64,000 bases of DNA. Origin: Anaeramoeba ignava BMAN. Taxonomy: Eukaryota; Protista; Anaeramoebae. Positions 1 to 10,960 of the stretch are shown in pieces (within the stretch, counting starts at the first letter, position 1; the number at the start of each line of letters is the position of its first letter). Below the pieces are notes generated by a model. That model was not told where the DNA came from, did not search any database, and saw nothing but the letters and a program-made list of their open reading frames with translations. The DNA is taken from assembly GCA_028826165.1 (NCBI GenBank), contig JAPDFW010000053.1, positions 62,001 to 126,000 of the forward strand. Reading direction: 5' to 3'. The position numbers and the translations under genes are program-made.

Positions 1-203
1 TGATTTTCTCTTTCATAAAAAAAAATTGGATTCATTTCTTTTTGGAGATTTTCTTTGTTTTCTTGTTCATTTTGTTTTTCTAAATCATTCTTTAATTCTT
101 TTTCATTCCAATTAAATTTTTTTAAAATATTTTGAAGAAATTTATCAATATTTTTTGAATATTTTTTAAATTCTTTAATTTCTAAATTCATTTCATTTTC
201 CAT
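1..203 (-). CDS. 5' end of an unknown protein (MENEMNLEIKEFKKYSKNIDKFLQNILKKFNWNEKEL...), runs off the window
   Basis: ATG at 203, frame open to the window edge by manual translation; A(n)TGA(n) promoter-like motif near 240. Confidence 0.5.
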   Translation of the reverse strand, partial: MENEMNLEIKEFKKYSKNIDKFLQNILKKFNWNEKELKNDLEKQNEQENKENLQKEMNPIFFYEREN

Positions 204-481
204 TTTTATAAATTAAATAATAAATAAAATAAAAAGAAAAAATGAAATTTTTATTTTTAATTTTTATTTTAAATTTTTATTTTAAATTTTTCTTTTTTAT
301 TGAAACCATTTTTTTAGAATTTTGATTAATTCATTATTAAAACAAATATTCAACCCAAGAAAGAAAAATAACATTTTGATTTAAAAAAAAAATATAATAT
401 TTGATTTCCAAAAAAAAAAGTGGAACAAAAAAAAATCAAAAAATAAATTTTCTTTTTTCTTTTTTTCTTTGTTTTTTTGTT

Positions 482-3400
482 TTAAAATTTTTTAAGTCCA
501 CCAATTCCAGCAACATCTTCTTCAAAAGTAAATCCTTTAAAAGCGTTATTATCTCTTCCCATATAACTAATTTCTGGAACTGATTCTTGGATATTTTCTT
601 GAGTAAATTCTCTGTCAAAATTACTTGTATCATAAACATTTTTTACTTTTGGTTTAAAAGGAGCTGATGTTTGTTTTGAAAATAATTTTTCCCAATCAAT
701 TTTTTCAAAGAATTGATGTTTTTTAATCATTTCACTATCTTCTTTTCCTGATCCATATCTCTTTACTGGATCTCTAATTAATAACTGAAAAAGAAATGAA
801 ATTGAAAATGTCAAATTATTAGAAAAAAAATTGAAATAAAATTGAGAATGTCAAGTTATTAGAAAAAAAAAAATTGAATTTTAAAAATTTTGTTTGTTTG
901 TATTTTTTTTACACCAGATATTAAATTTCTTGCTGAACTTGAAAGTCCTGGTGGAAATTTTAATGTTGCTGTTAAAATTTTTTGATACATTAAATTGAGA
1001 TTTTCTGAATAAAATGGAGGAAGACCAACAAGCATTTCATAAATTAATATTCCAAGACTCCACCAATCAACAGGTTTTCCATATCCTTCATCTTTTAATA
1101 CTTCAGGAGCTTTTCAAGAAGAATAATTTTATTTGATTAATTTTAAATTTTAAATTTTAAATTTTAAATTTAATTTTACCAAGATATTCTGGTGTTCCAC
1201 AAAAAGTGTTTGTTTTTCCATCTTTTCTTTTCGAAATATTCATTTTAACTAATCCAAAATCAGTTATTCTAAGATGACCATCAGATCCAATTAAAATATT
1301 TTCTGGTTTTAAATCACTAAAAAATTAAAAATTAAAAATTAAAAATTAAAAATTAAAATTAAAATTAAAATTAAAAATTAAAATTAAAATAAAAAATACC
1401 GATAAACAATATCCATTTTATGAAGATGTTCTAAAGCAAGTGTAATTTCTGCTGCATAAATTCTTACAACATCTTCTGAAAAAGTTCCAAGTTTCTTTAA
1501 GTGAAAAAACAATTCTCCTCCATCAACATAATCAAGAATCATGTATAATCTTTCTTCTGTTTGAAATGAATAGTGAAGTGATACTAAAAATGGATGTGTT
1601 GTTCTCATTAATACATTTCTTTCTGACATTGTTTGTTCTATTTGTTGAGTTTCAGCTAATTTTCCTTTTTGTAATGCTTTCATTGCATAAAATTGTTGAT
1701 TGCTAATTTTTTGAACCAAATATACCTTTTTAAATTTTTGAATTTTTTTTTTATTAAAATTAATCATTCACATGAAAGGAGATAAAATTTAAATTAAAAT
1801 AAAAATTAAATTTACTTTTCCAAATGTTCCTCTTCCAATCACTCTTACTTTCTTAAAATCTTTCATACTCACTTTATCATGAACTTCTGATTTAATTACA
1901 ACTGAAATTTTCTGAATCCAATCATCTCGATCTTCATCAGAACATGCAGAAAGTAAATAAATTCTTTGGCCTGGAATTTCTAAATTAAAGCAATGTTTCT
2001 TTTTAGTTTTTACATTTGCAATTGATACTTTTGCTGATTTTGTTATTGGTAAAACACCAATAGGACTTCGACTCTATTTTTAAATATAAAATTAATTATA
2101 AAATTATTTAATAAAATTAAATATAAAATTAATTATAAAATTATTATTAAAATTAATTATAAAATTATTAATAAATTTATTTATAAAATTATTTATAAAA
2201 TTATTTATAAAATTTAATATAAAATTATTTATAAAATTTAATATAAAATTATTTATAAAATTTAATATAAAATTATTTATAAAATTTAATATAAAATTAT
2301 TTATAAAATTATTTATAAATTTATATATAAAATTATTTATAAAATTATTTATTATATTATTTATAAAATTATTTATAAAATTATTTATAAAATTATTTAT
2401 AAAATTATATATAAAATTATTTATAAAATTATTTATTAAATTAATTAAAATTAAATATAAAATTATTTATAAAATTATTTATAAAATTATTTATAAAAAT
2501 TAAATATAAAATTATTTATAAAATTATTTATAAAATTAAATATAAAATTAAATATAAAATTAAATATAAAATTATTTATAAAATTATTAATAAAATTATT
2601 TATAAAATTAATTATAAATTAATTATAAAATTATTTATAAAATTATTTATAAAATTATATATAAAATTAAATATAAAATTAAATATAAATTATAAAATTA
2701 AATATAAAAATTATTAATAAAATTATTTATAAAATTATTTATAAAATTATTTATAAAATTATTTATAAAATTAAATTAATTATATATAAAATTATATATA
2801 TAAAATTATTTATAAAATTATTTATAAAATTAAATATAAAATTAAATATAAAATTAAATATAAAATTAAATATAAAATTATTTATAAAATTAATTATAAA
2901 ATTATTTATAAAATTATTTATAAAATTATTTATAAAAATTATTAAATTATATAAAATTATATATAAAATTATTTATAAAATTATTTATAAAATTAAATAT
3001 AAAATTAAATATAAAATTAAATATAAAATTAAATATAAAATTATTTATAAAATTAATTATAAAATTAAATATAAAATTATTTATAAAATTAATTATAATA
3101 TTATTTTATAAAATTAAATATAAAAATTTATAAAATTATTAATAAAATTATTAATAAAATTAAATATAAAATATTTATAAAATTATATATAAAATTAAAT
3201 ATAAAATTATTTATAAAATTATTTATAAATTATTTATAAAATTATTTATAAAATTATTTATAAAATTAATTATAAAATTATTTATAAAATTATTTATAAA
3301 ATTATTTATAAAATTAATTATTAAATTAATTATAAAATTATTTATAAAATTATTTATAAAATTATTTATAAAATTATTTATAAAATTATATATAAAATTA

Positions 3401-3681
3401 TTTATAAAATTATTTAAAATGAAATGTAATTCAAAAAGAAATAAACAATTGAATATATTTAATTTTAATTTTTAATTTTAATTTTTTTTGTTTAATTAAA
3501 GTTTTGGGTATTAAATTGGTTAAATAAATAAAAAAAATAAATAAAAAAAGTTTTATTTTACTTTTTGCTTTTTAAAATATAAAATTGCTTTATCTTGAAA
3601 AACAAAATATCTTTTATGCCAAGTTTTCCATCTTCCTCCTTGTTTTGTTAAAAATCCACTCTTTATTTGTTTTTGTTGCAT
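482..3681 (-). CDS. PH-domain AGC Ser/Thr kinase (PKB/Akt-like), 6 exons
   Basis: Spliced model: PH domain ([20 protein letters not shown]...DRDDWIQKI), [34 protein letters not shown] tail with hydrophobic motif FKGFTF. Exons approx 3562-3681, 1816-2073, 1400-1725, 1180-1316, 913-1109, 482-784, all GT-AG. Confidence 0.93.
2080..3420. repeat. ~13-bp AT-only minisatellite (TATAAAATTATTT variants) filling kinase intron 1
   Basis: Direct tandem repetition over about 1.3 kb. Confidence 0.9.
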
Positions 3682-4094
3682 TGTTTTTTTGTCTGAAAAA
3701 AAAAAATAATTAAAAAAAAAAAAATTAAACAATTAAACAAATAAATTTAAAAAAAAAATGAAAAAAAAAATTAAAAAAAAATTTTATTAAAAAAAAGAGT
3801 TTTTATTTTATTTCTTTTTATTTTTATTTTTTTAATAATAAAAAAGTGTCAAAATAATAATAAAAAATTAATTTAAAAAAAAAATGAATAAGCAAAATAG
3901 TCTTCTTTTATTTTATTTTTGTTTTTATTTTTAGTTTTAAAAAAATTTTCCTTTTTTTTATTGATCAACGTATTTCCTAATTCTCTTTTAATTTTTAATT
4001 AAGAATTGATTTTAATTTCTCTTTTGATTATAATTTTTCTTTTGATTATAATTTTGATTTTTTAAATTTTTCTTATTGATCAAAATTTTTTTAA

Positions 4095-4305
4095 TTTTTC
4101 ATTTTGATTTTGATTTTGATTTTAATTTTGATTTTAATTTTAATTTTAATTTCGATTTTAATTTTGATTTTGATTTTAATTTTGATTTTCATTTTAATTT
4201 TGATTTTGATTTTAATTTTGATTTTAATTTTAATTTTGATTTTAATTTTGATTTTAATTTTGATTTTAATTTTAATTTTAATTTTAATTTTGATTTTGAT
4301 TTTCT
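4095..4305. repeat. (TTTTRA)n hexamer microsatellite
   Basis: Direct repetition; produces the spurious DF/IL ORFs. Confidence 0.9.
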
Positions 4306-4310
4306 TTGGT

Positions 4311-7300
4311 TTAATTTTCTTTTAATTTGTTTTCTTTTATTTCATTCTCTTCTTTGATTTTTTTTGTTGCAACTGTTTCTCCCAAAATTAATTGATTCTC
4401 AATTCTTTTAAGTAAATATTTGAACATTTCTTTTCCTTCAACTTGAAAAAATTTATTTGCACTATTCATTTCAGCAAGAAATTCTCTTGATAATTTCAAA
4501 TTAGGAGGGAATTCATCCAAATAAAAAAAATAAATCAAGGCTTTCAAAGATTCTAAAGAACATTCACTATAATCATTAACACAATTTGAATCATCTTCAA
4601 CGGAAATAAACATTCCTTTAAATAATCCACTTCTTGCAAATAAAATAACTTTATGAACTTTGATTTTTTCTTCTCCTTTAATAATAATAAAATCTTTTGA
4701 TTCTTCATTTTCGTATAATTTTTTCAAATCAGCTTGTAATCCATTTCTTCCTAATTTTTCAATATATTTCTCAATTCCAATTTGAAGTGAAATATTCTTA
4801 AAATTTTCGAATTGTTCATCATCACTTTCAAATCCAAGATATAAACATTTAAGATATTCAAGTACTTCATTACTTGGCATATTTCCAAAAACTTCTAATG
4901 CTTGATTCATGTTTTCTTCTCCAATTCTACATTGTAAAAATGATTTGTTTGTTGAAACAGATGATCCTCCAAATGTTGGTATTTTATAATCCCAAATATC
5001 AGTTGATTCTTGAATACTTGCAAAATTATAATGATATCCTCGAAATTTACTAACTACTTCTTTTTTAAAATATGAATTATCTTCTTTTATATATTCTTTC
5101 TCTAACATATTTGATCCATATTGAATTAAGAGATTAATTTTTTCAGCAATATGATTGTATTTTAATGAAGTTAAAGGAGTTCTTCCCTAAATTGATTTTA
5201 ATTTTAATTTTCATTTTAATTTTCATTTTGATTTTAATTTTGATTTTTAATTTTGATTTTAATTTTAATTTTAATTTTAATTTTAATTTTAATTTTAATT
5301 TTAATTTTAATTTTAATTTTAATTTTAAATTTTAATTTTAATTTTGATTTTAATTTTGATTTTAATTTTGATTTTAATTTTGATTTTAATTTTAATTTTG
5401 ATTTTTAATTTAAATTTTACTTCCTATATATTATTTTGTTAGTTATTCATTTCAAAAAAAAGGTTTTTGTTTTTCTTTTTTTTTTCACAAACTTTTTTAA
5501 ATCAAATTTTAATTATTTTTTTTTTCAAATTATATCATTTCTTTTTATATTAAAAATACCTCCATCTCTTGCACGAACATTTGCTCCATTTTTTAAAAGA
5601 ATTTCAACAACTTCTGGACTTTCATAATTTGCTGCAAAATGTAAAGGAGTTCTATTCTGTTAAAAAAAAAAGAATTATATTTTTTAATCCACTTTTTTTT
5701 TGGATTATCAAAACTGATTAAAAAATTTTTTGATTTAAACAAACTTTAATATTGGCTGATTTATCTTCCTAAAATAATTTTAATTTTAATTTTATAAATG
5801 AGATTTTAATTTTAAATTTTAATTTTAGTTTTAATTTTAAATTTTAATTAAAATATTAACTTGAATAAATTCAATATTTGCTCCTTTATCTATTAAAAAT
5901 TGAACTACTTTTGGATTTGCTTTTTTTCTTAAAATTAATCCACAAAGAATTGAAGAATCCTTTTGTTTAAATTTTTTGTTTAAATTGTTTTATTTTTTTG
6001 TTTTATTTTTTGTTTAAATTTTTGTTTAAATTTGTTTTATTGAAAAAACAAACATCATCTTCAATTTTTGCTCCATGTTTTAACAATAATTCCATAATTT
6101 GAAAGTTTTGATTTTCAGCTGCAATTATTAATGGTGTTTGTTTTGTGTACCAAAATGACTTGATTTTTTTCAATCAAAAAAAAAATTTAATCAATTCATT
6201 CTCATTTTTAAATTTAAATTTAAATTTAAATTATTTTTTATTTTTGTTTTTTTTTTTTACTCCATTCTTAAATTAAAAGAAAAACATTTATTTTTTTAAA
6301 TAAAATTTAATTTTCAATTTTTCTTTTAGATTTTAAAAAAAAATTTTACTTGTGCTTGATTTACATCTGCTCCTTTTTCAATAAAATATTCAATCACATG
6401 ATTTAAATTTTTGTTATTTTTTGTAATTACAGAAGTTAAAGGAGTATGTGCCTATTATTTATAATAATCAATTTTTTTTTTGATTAGTTCAAATTAATTT
6501 CCCAAAAAATAAAAAAATTTTTTTTTTCTTTACATAAAAACTTTGATTAATATTAAATCCTTTTTCCAATAATAATTCATATGTTCTAAGATCTGTATGT
6601 TCGTGTCTAATTATATTCTCTAATGCATTTTCATACCACTTTTTATTTATTTTTTAATTGAAAAAATTTTAATCAATTAAAAGAGGTTTTTTTTGTTTTG
6701 AAATTTTCTTCTTTTTTACATTTAATTCAATATTTAATGTTAATCCTAAATCAATCATATATTTTATTTTCTCATAATTTGGATGATAAGTCATTAATCT
6801 AACAATATCTCCTTTTTTAACTTTCTTTTAAAAATAAAAATAAATTTTAAATTTGAAATTTTAAATTTGAAATTTGAAATTTTACTTCAGTTTCAATTTG
6901 AAAATTTGGTGGAAAAAGTAATTTAAATGTTTCAAAAGAAATTTTTTCATTTAAAGCAGCTTCTAAAACTCGATAATAATTCTATTGAATAAAAATAGAA
7001 ATTATTTTTATTTGTTGATTAAAAAAAAAAAGGAAAAAATAATTTTTTTTTGCTTACCAACTTTGGATCAGATCCAGAATCAATTAATAATTTAATTAAT
7101 TCATGATTATTTGAGTTTCTTAATGCGCAAATAAGTGGAGTATCTCCATCCTAAAAAAAGAAAAGAAATTATTTAAAAATCAAAAATAAAAAAATAATTT
7201 AAAAATAAACAAACTTTTGGATTCAATTCAGCTTTTAATTCAATTAGTTTTTTGATTATAGACATATCTAAATTATTATAAATAGCTCGGATAATTGGTA

Positions 7301-7826
7301 ATTGATAATACTAAAATGATTTTAAAATTGAAGAATTTTGATTAAAAGGAATTTGAATGTGATTTTGAATTTCTTTTAAAAATACAGAATTAGATTTTGT
7401 AAAATTTGGATCACATCCTCTATCTAAAAACATTTGTAATATTTCTAGTGTTGTTTCTTTTTTTCCACAAATTATTGATATAGGTGATTCACCCTAAAAT
7501 CCAAAAAAAAATCAATTTTAAATTTTTAAATATTAAATATTAAATATTAAATATTAACAGGATTTGTTGGAATTTTTGCTCCAGCATCAAAAAAAAGTTG
7601 AATTTTTTCCTTATCAACTGATTTAGAAAGAAATGTTAATAAAGGAGTCATTCCCTAATTTAAATAATATGATAAAATTAAAAATATTCAAATTAAAAAT
7701 ATTAAAAATAAAAATATTTAAATTATTTAAATTACTCTCTTCTGTTTTATTGTTTTGTATTGTTTTTATTGTTTTATTTTGTTTTGTTTTGTTTTGTTTT
7801 GTTTTGTTTTGTTTTGTTTTGTTTTG

Positions 7827-7859
<33 letters not shown>

Positions 7860-10832
7860 TTTAGGTTTAGAAATAATATTTCTTATTAAATTTTTTCAAA
7901 TAAATACATTCTCTGAATTAGTATCTGCTCCTGCTTTAATCAAGAAATCAAGCTCTTCTAATGTTAAATCATTGTGACAAAGCATATGAAATGGTGTATA
8001 TTCCTTTATAAATTTGAAATCAAAATTTAAAAATTAAAAAATTTTCTTTCTGTTTTAAATATTATCTTACATCCTAAATTATAAATGGAATAATTTTGAA
8101 TTTAATTTTTTTCTTTGATTTAAAATAGAAATATCAAAATTTTAAATTACATCCTTTTTAAAAAAAATAAAAATTATTATTAATTTCTTCTTCGTTTTTT
8201 TTTATATTCAAAAAAAAAATAAAAGAAATACATTTTTTAGATTCAAATTTGCTCCTAAATTTACCATTTTTTGAATCAGAGAAAATGATAAATTGATTTT
8301 AATAACCAAATGAAGAGGAGTTTGACCCTTTTTATTAAGTAATTTACAAGATAAAATGAGAAGAACCAAAATAAATTATTTTTCTTTCAAAATGAATTTT
8401 ACATCAACCTATTTAAAATATTATAAATATAAATATAAATATAAATATAAATATAAATATTTCTTCCTTTTTTAATAAAATACATTTTGTTGATTAATAT
8501 CAATTCCTAATTCTAAAAGTGTTTCAAAAAAAGGATCTTTTGGATGAGTTAAAAGGAAAATATGAAGAATATTTTCATTCTACAAAAAAAATTAAGAATT
8601 AAGAATTAAGAATCAAAATCAATTTTTTTTCCAAATAATTTTAATTTTACCAACTAATAATTGAAATTAAATTAAATTATGGATTAAAAATCTAATAATT
8701 ATTTTTTACATCCTTTTGTTTTCAAAATATCAATAAAAAAAAACAATTTAAAAAAAAAAGTGGAACAAAAAAATATTTATATATTTTTGGTTTTAAAATT
8801 TTTTACTGTTGAAATTGTTAAATCTGCTTTTTGATTTTGAAGAAAATTGAAGTATTCTTTATAATTCTGATGTGAAAAAATATAATGTAAAGGAAATTTT
8901 CCAGTCTAAAAAAAAAGAAGATGATTAAAAACAAACTAAAAATATTTTTTTTTATCTAATAATAAATTAATTTACTTCCTATTTTTTTTTTAAATTTCAA
9001 TATCAAAAATCAAAAAAATAATAAATTTAAAAATAAAATACATCTTTTTCATGCACAGAAAGCCCATTTTCAACAAGAATTGAAATTATTTCTAATGGAG
9101 ATCCTTTTTCAAAAGCAAAAGTTAAATAATTTCTTTTCTAAAAAATTAAAATAATAAATAAAAAATATTTCTTTTTCTTTTTCTTTTCTTTTCTTAAAAT
9201 ACATTATGTGTTTTTTTAATATCTTTTTGAAATTCAAGAACAGCTTTTATCAATTCCATAGAATCATGTTTTAATGCTATTAATAAATAACTTTCATTCT
9301 AAATAATTTATATAAATAAATGATTTTTTTTTTATAAAATATTTTTTGGAATTATTGCATTTTTTTTGCTTAAATAAAATAATTAAAAAGATTACAAACT
9401 TTAGAATTTAAAAAATTTAATTTAAAAATTTAATCTAAAAATGAGAAAAAAGAAATTCTTTTTTACTTCCTTTTTTTTTATTGAATAAAATATTTGATTT
9501 GATTTTATTTAATTTGATTTTTTTTACATTTGTTTCTTCATAATTTGTTGTTTTAGAAAGAAGAAATTTTATAATTTCTAATTGTGCTTGATTTATAAAT
9601 GCAAGATGAATTGGATTATTTTTCTTGAATTTTAAAATGAAATGATTAAAAAAATGATTGAATTTGTTTTTTAACTTAAATTTTAAAAAAATAAATACAT
9701 CCTAAAACACAAAAAATCGAGAAAATGGATTTATAAGAATAATTATATTCTTTTTTTATTTAAAAATTAATTACTCCCTAATTAATATTAAATATTAAAT
9801 ATTAAATATTAAAATAAAAATTATTTTTTACATTTTTTAAAGTTAAATCTGCACCTGAATTTAATAACAATTTTAAAACCTCAAAATTTGGATTTTTTTT
9901 ATTCATAAGACAATGTAAAACAGTTTCTTTCTAAAAATAAAAGAATAAATAAAAGAAAGAAAATTTTTTTTTTGATCAATTAAAAAAGTGGAACAAAAAT
10001 ATTAATTTTTTTATTTTTACTTGCTAAAAAAAAATTAATTTAAAAACTTATTAAAAAACAAATTTGAATCAAGATAAATCGAATAAAAAAAAATAACAAA
10101 CAGCCTAAAATAATATAAAATTAAAAATTAAAATTAAAATTTAAAATTAAAATTTAAGATTATTTACTGTTATTTCATTAATATCAAAGTTTTTTGAAAG
10201 AAAAAATTCAATAACTTCAATAGGTAAATCATAATTAATTGAATAAAACAAAGCATTTTCTTGTAATTTATTTTTATAATATAAATCAGCTCCTTTTGAA
10301 ATGAGATATTTGATTAAATCAAAACTTGATTTTAAAGAAATTGAATAAAGTAAAGGATTTTCAAACTAAAAAAATTTCAAATTTAAAAATTTATTCTAAA
10401 AACAACTTAGAAAATAATTTTACATTCTAAAATAATTTTAAAAATTAAATAAATAATCAAAAATTCCTAAAAAAATAATTAAATTTCTTTTTACATCCTT
10501 TTTTAAAATTAAAAATTAAAAATTAAGAATTTAAAGTGAATAAATTGTATTTTACATTAATGCAATTAATATCAGCTCCAGATTCAAGAATTTTATCTAA
10601 TTCTTCAAGGGATTTTTTCCCCTCAATTGCTTCAAAAAAATCTAAACTTAACTTTTAATTATTTCAATTAAAATTAAATTTTAATTTTAAATAAAAAAAA
10701 TTTTTTTTTTTCTTTTTATTTTTTTTTTTGAAATTTTCTTTTAAATTTTACATTAAATTTTTCATCATCATAATCATTAACAGTTTGAATTTCTTGATCA
10801 TCTTCAAAAAAATTAAAAGCAAGTAAATCCAT
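4311..10832 (-). CDS. Ankyrin-repeat (about 22-23 repeats) plus C-terminal BTB/POZ protein; about 42 exons including 15 three-nt, 3 six-nt and one 24-nt microexon
   Basis: ATG 10832 (MDLLAFNFFEDD). Roughly one ankyrin repeat per ~90-100-nt phase-0 exon (GQTPLHL, EYTPFHM, GMTPLL, GDTPLI, NRTPLHFAA, GRTPL). BTB motif SKDFIIIKGEEKIKVHKVILFARSGLFKGMF in the last exon. One phase inconsistency at 5421-5560. Confidence 0.88.
5421..5491 (-). other. Candidate 3-nt microexons TTT (5489-5491) and GAA (5421-5423)
   Basis: aaaag|TTT|gtgaa and tatag|GAA|gtaaa; flanking introns of 68 and 65 nt, but the upstream donor is phase 1. Confidence 0.6.
6261..6266 (-). other. 6-nt microexon AATGGA (Asn-Gly)
   Basis: ttaag|AATGGA|gtaaa inside an otherwise ~190-nt intron in an extended hairpin. 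Confidence 0.7.
7736..7741 (-). other. 6-nt microexon AAGAGA (Lys-Arg)
   Basis: aacag|AAGAGA|gtaat; gives DTNSEN-KR-GMTPLL. Confidence 0.85.
8071..8153 (-). other. Tandem 3-nt microexons GAT (8151-8153) and GAT (8071-8073)
   Basis: aaaag|GAT|gtaat and tttag|GAT|gtaag; gives NLNLKN-D-D-EYTPFH. Confidence 0.87.
8403..8408 (-). other. 6-nt microexon GTTGAT (Val-Asp)
   Basis: aatag|GTTGAT|gtaaa; gives DINQQN-VD-GQTPLHL. Confidence 0.88.
8651..8712 (-). other. Tandem 3-nt microexons GAT (8710-8712) and TTG (8651-8653)
   Basis: aaaag|GAT|gtaaa and attag|TTG|gtaaa; gives DLTIST-D-L-NENILH. Confidence 0.85.
8976..8978 (-). other. 3-nt microexon GAA (Glu)
   Basis: aatag|GAA|gtaaa; gives VHEKD-E-TGKFPLHY (second tip residue is in the next exon). 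Confidence 0.85.
9396..9469 (-). other. Tandem 3-nt microexons GAA (9467-9469) and TTT (9396-9398)
   Basis: aaaag|GAA|gtaaa and taaag|TTT|gtaat; gives YEETN-E-F-NESYL. Confidence 0.8.
9699..9777 (-). other. Tandem 3-nt microexons GGA (9775-9777) and GAT (9699-9701)
   Basis: attag|GGA|gtaat and tttag|GAT|gtatt; gives DLTLKN-G-D-KNNPIHL. Confidence 0.85.
10021..10104 (-). other. Tandem 3-nt microexons GCT (10102-10104) and CAA (10021-10023)
   Basis: tttag|GCT|gtttg and tttag|CAA|gtaaa; gives DINEIT-A-Q-KETVLH. Confidence 0.85.
10424..10497 (-). other. Tandem 3-nt microexons GAT (10495-10497, Asp) and AAT (10424-10426, Asn)
   Basis: Minus strand aaaag|GAT|gtaaa and tttag|AAT|gtaaa; gives DINCIN-D-N-FENPL. 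Confidence 0.85.
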
Positions 10833-10960
10833 TTTAAATTCCCTTTTTAAATTTCTTTTTTTTTTTTTAAAAGAAAAAAATGATTAAAAATTTTTTTTCA
10901 TTTTTTTTTTCATTTTTTTTTTCATTTTTTTTTTTCATTTTTTTCCATTTAGAAAAAACA

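Noticed and set aside
3682-3975. Possible 5'-UTR intron of the AGC kinase (ttttcag 11 nt before the ATG)
   Set aside because: An acceptor-like site exists, but no donor or upstream exon can be supported without cDNA
4076-4357. Poly-IL, DF, IK, FIYL and similar ORFs throughout (e.g. 4076, 11165, 21136, 26634, 29336, 30181, 57726)
   Set aside because: Translations of microsatellites, or alternative frames and antisense of real low-complexity exons
10402-10407. Additional AG-TT-GT 2-nt exon candidate
   Set aside because: It would need introns of about 18 and 38 nt and would break the frame; the hairpin is already complete without it
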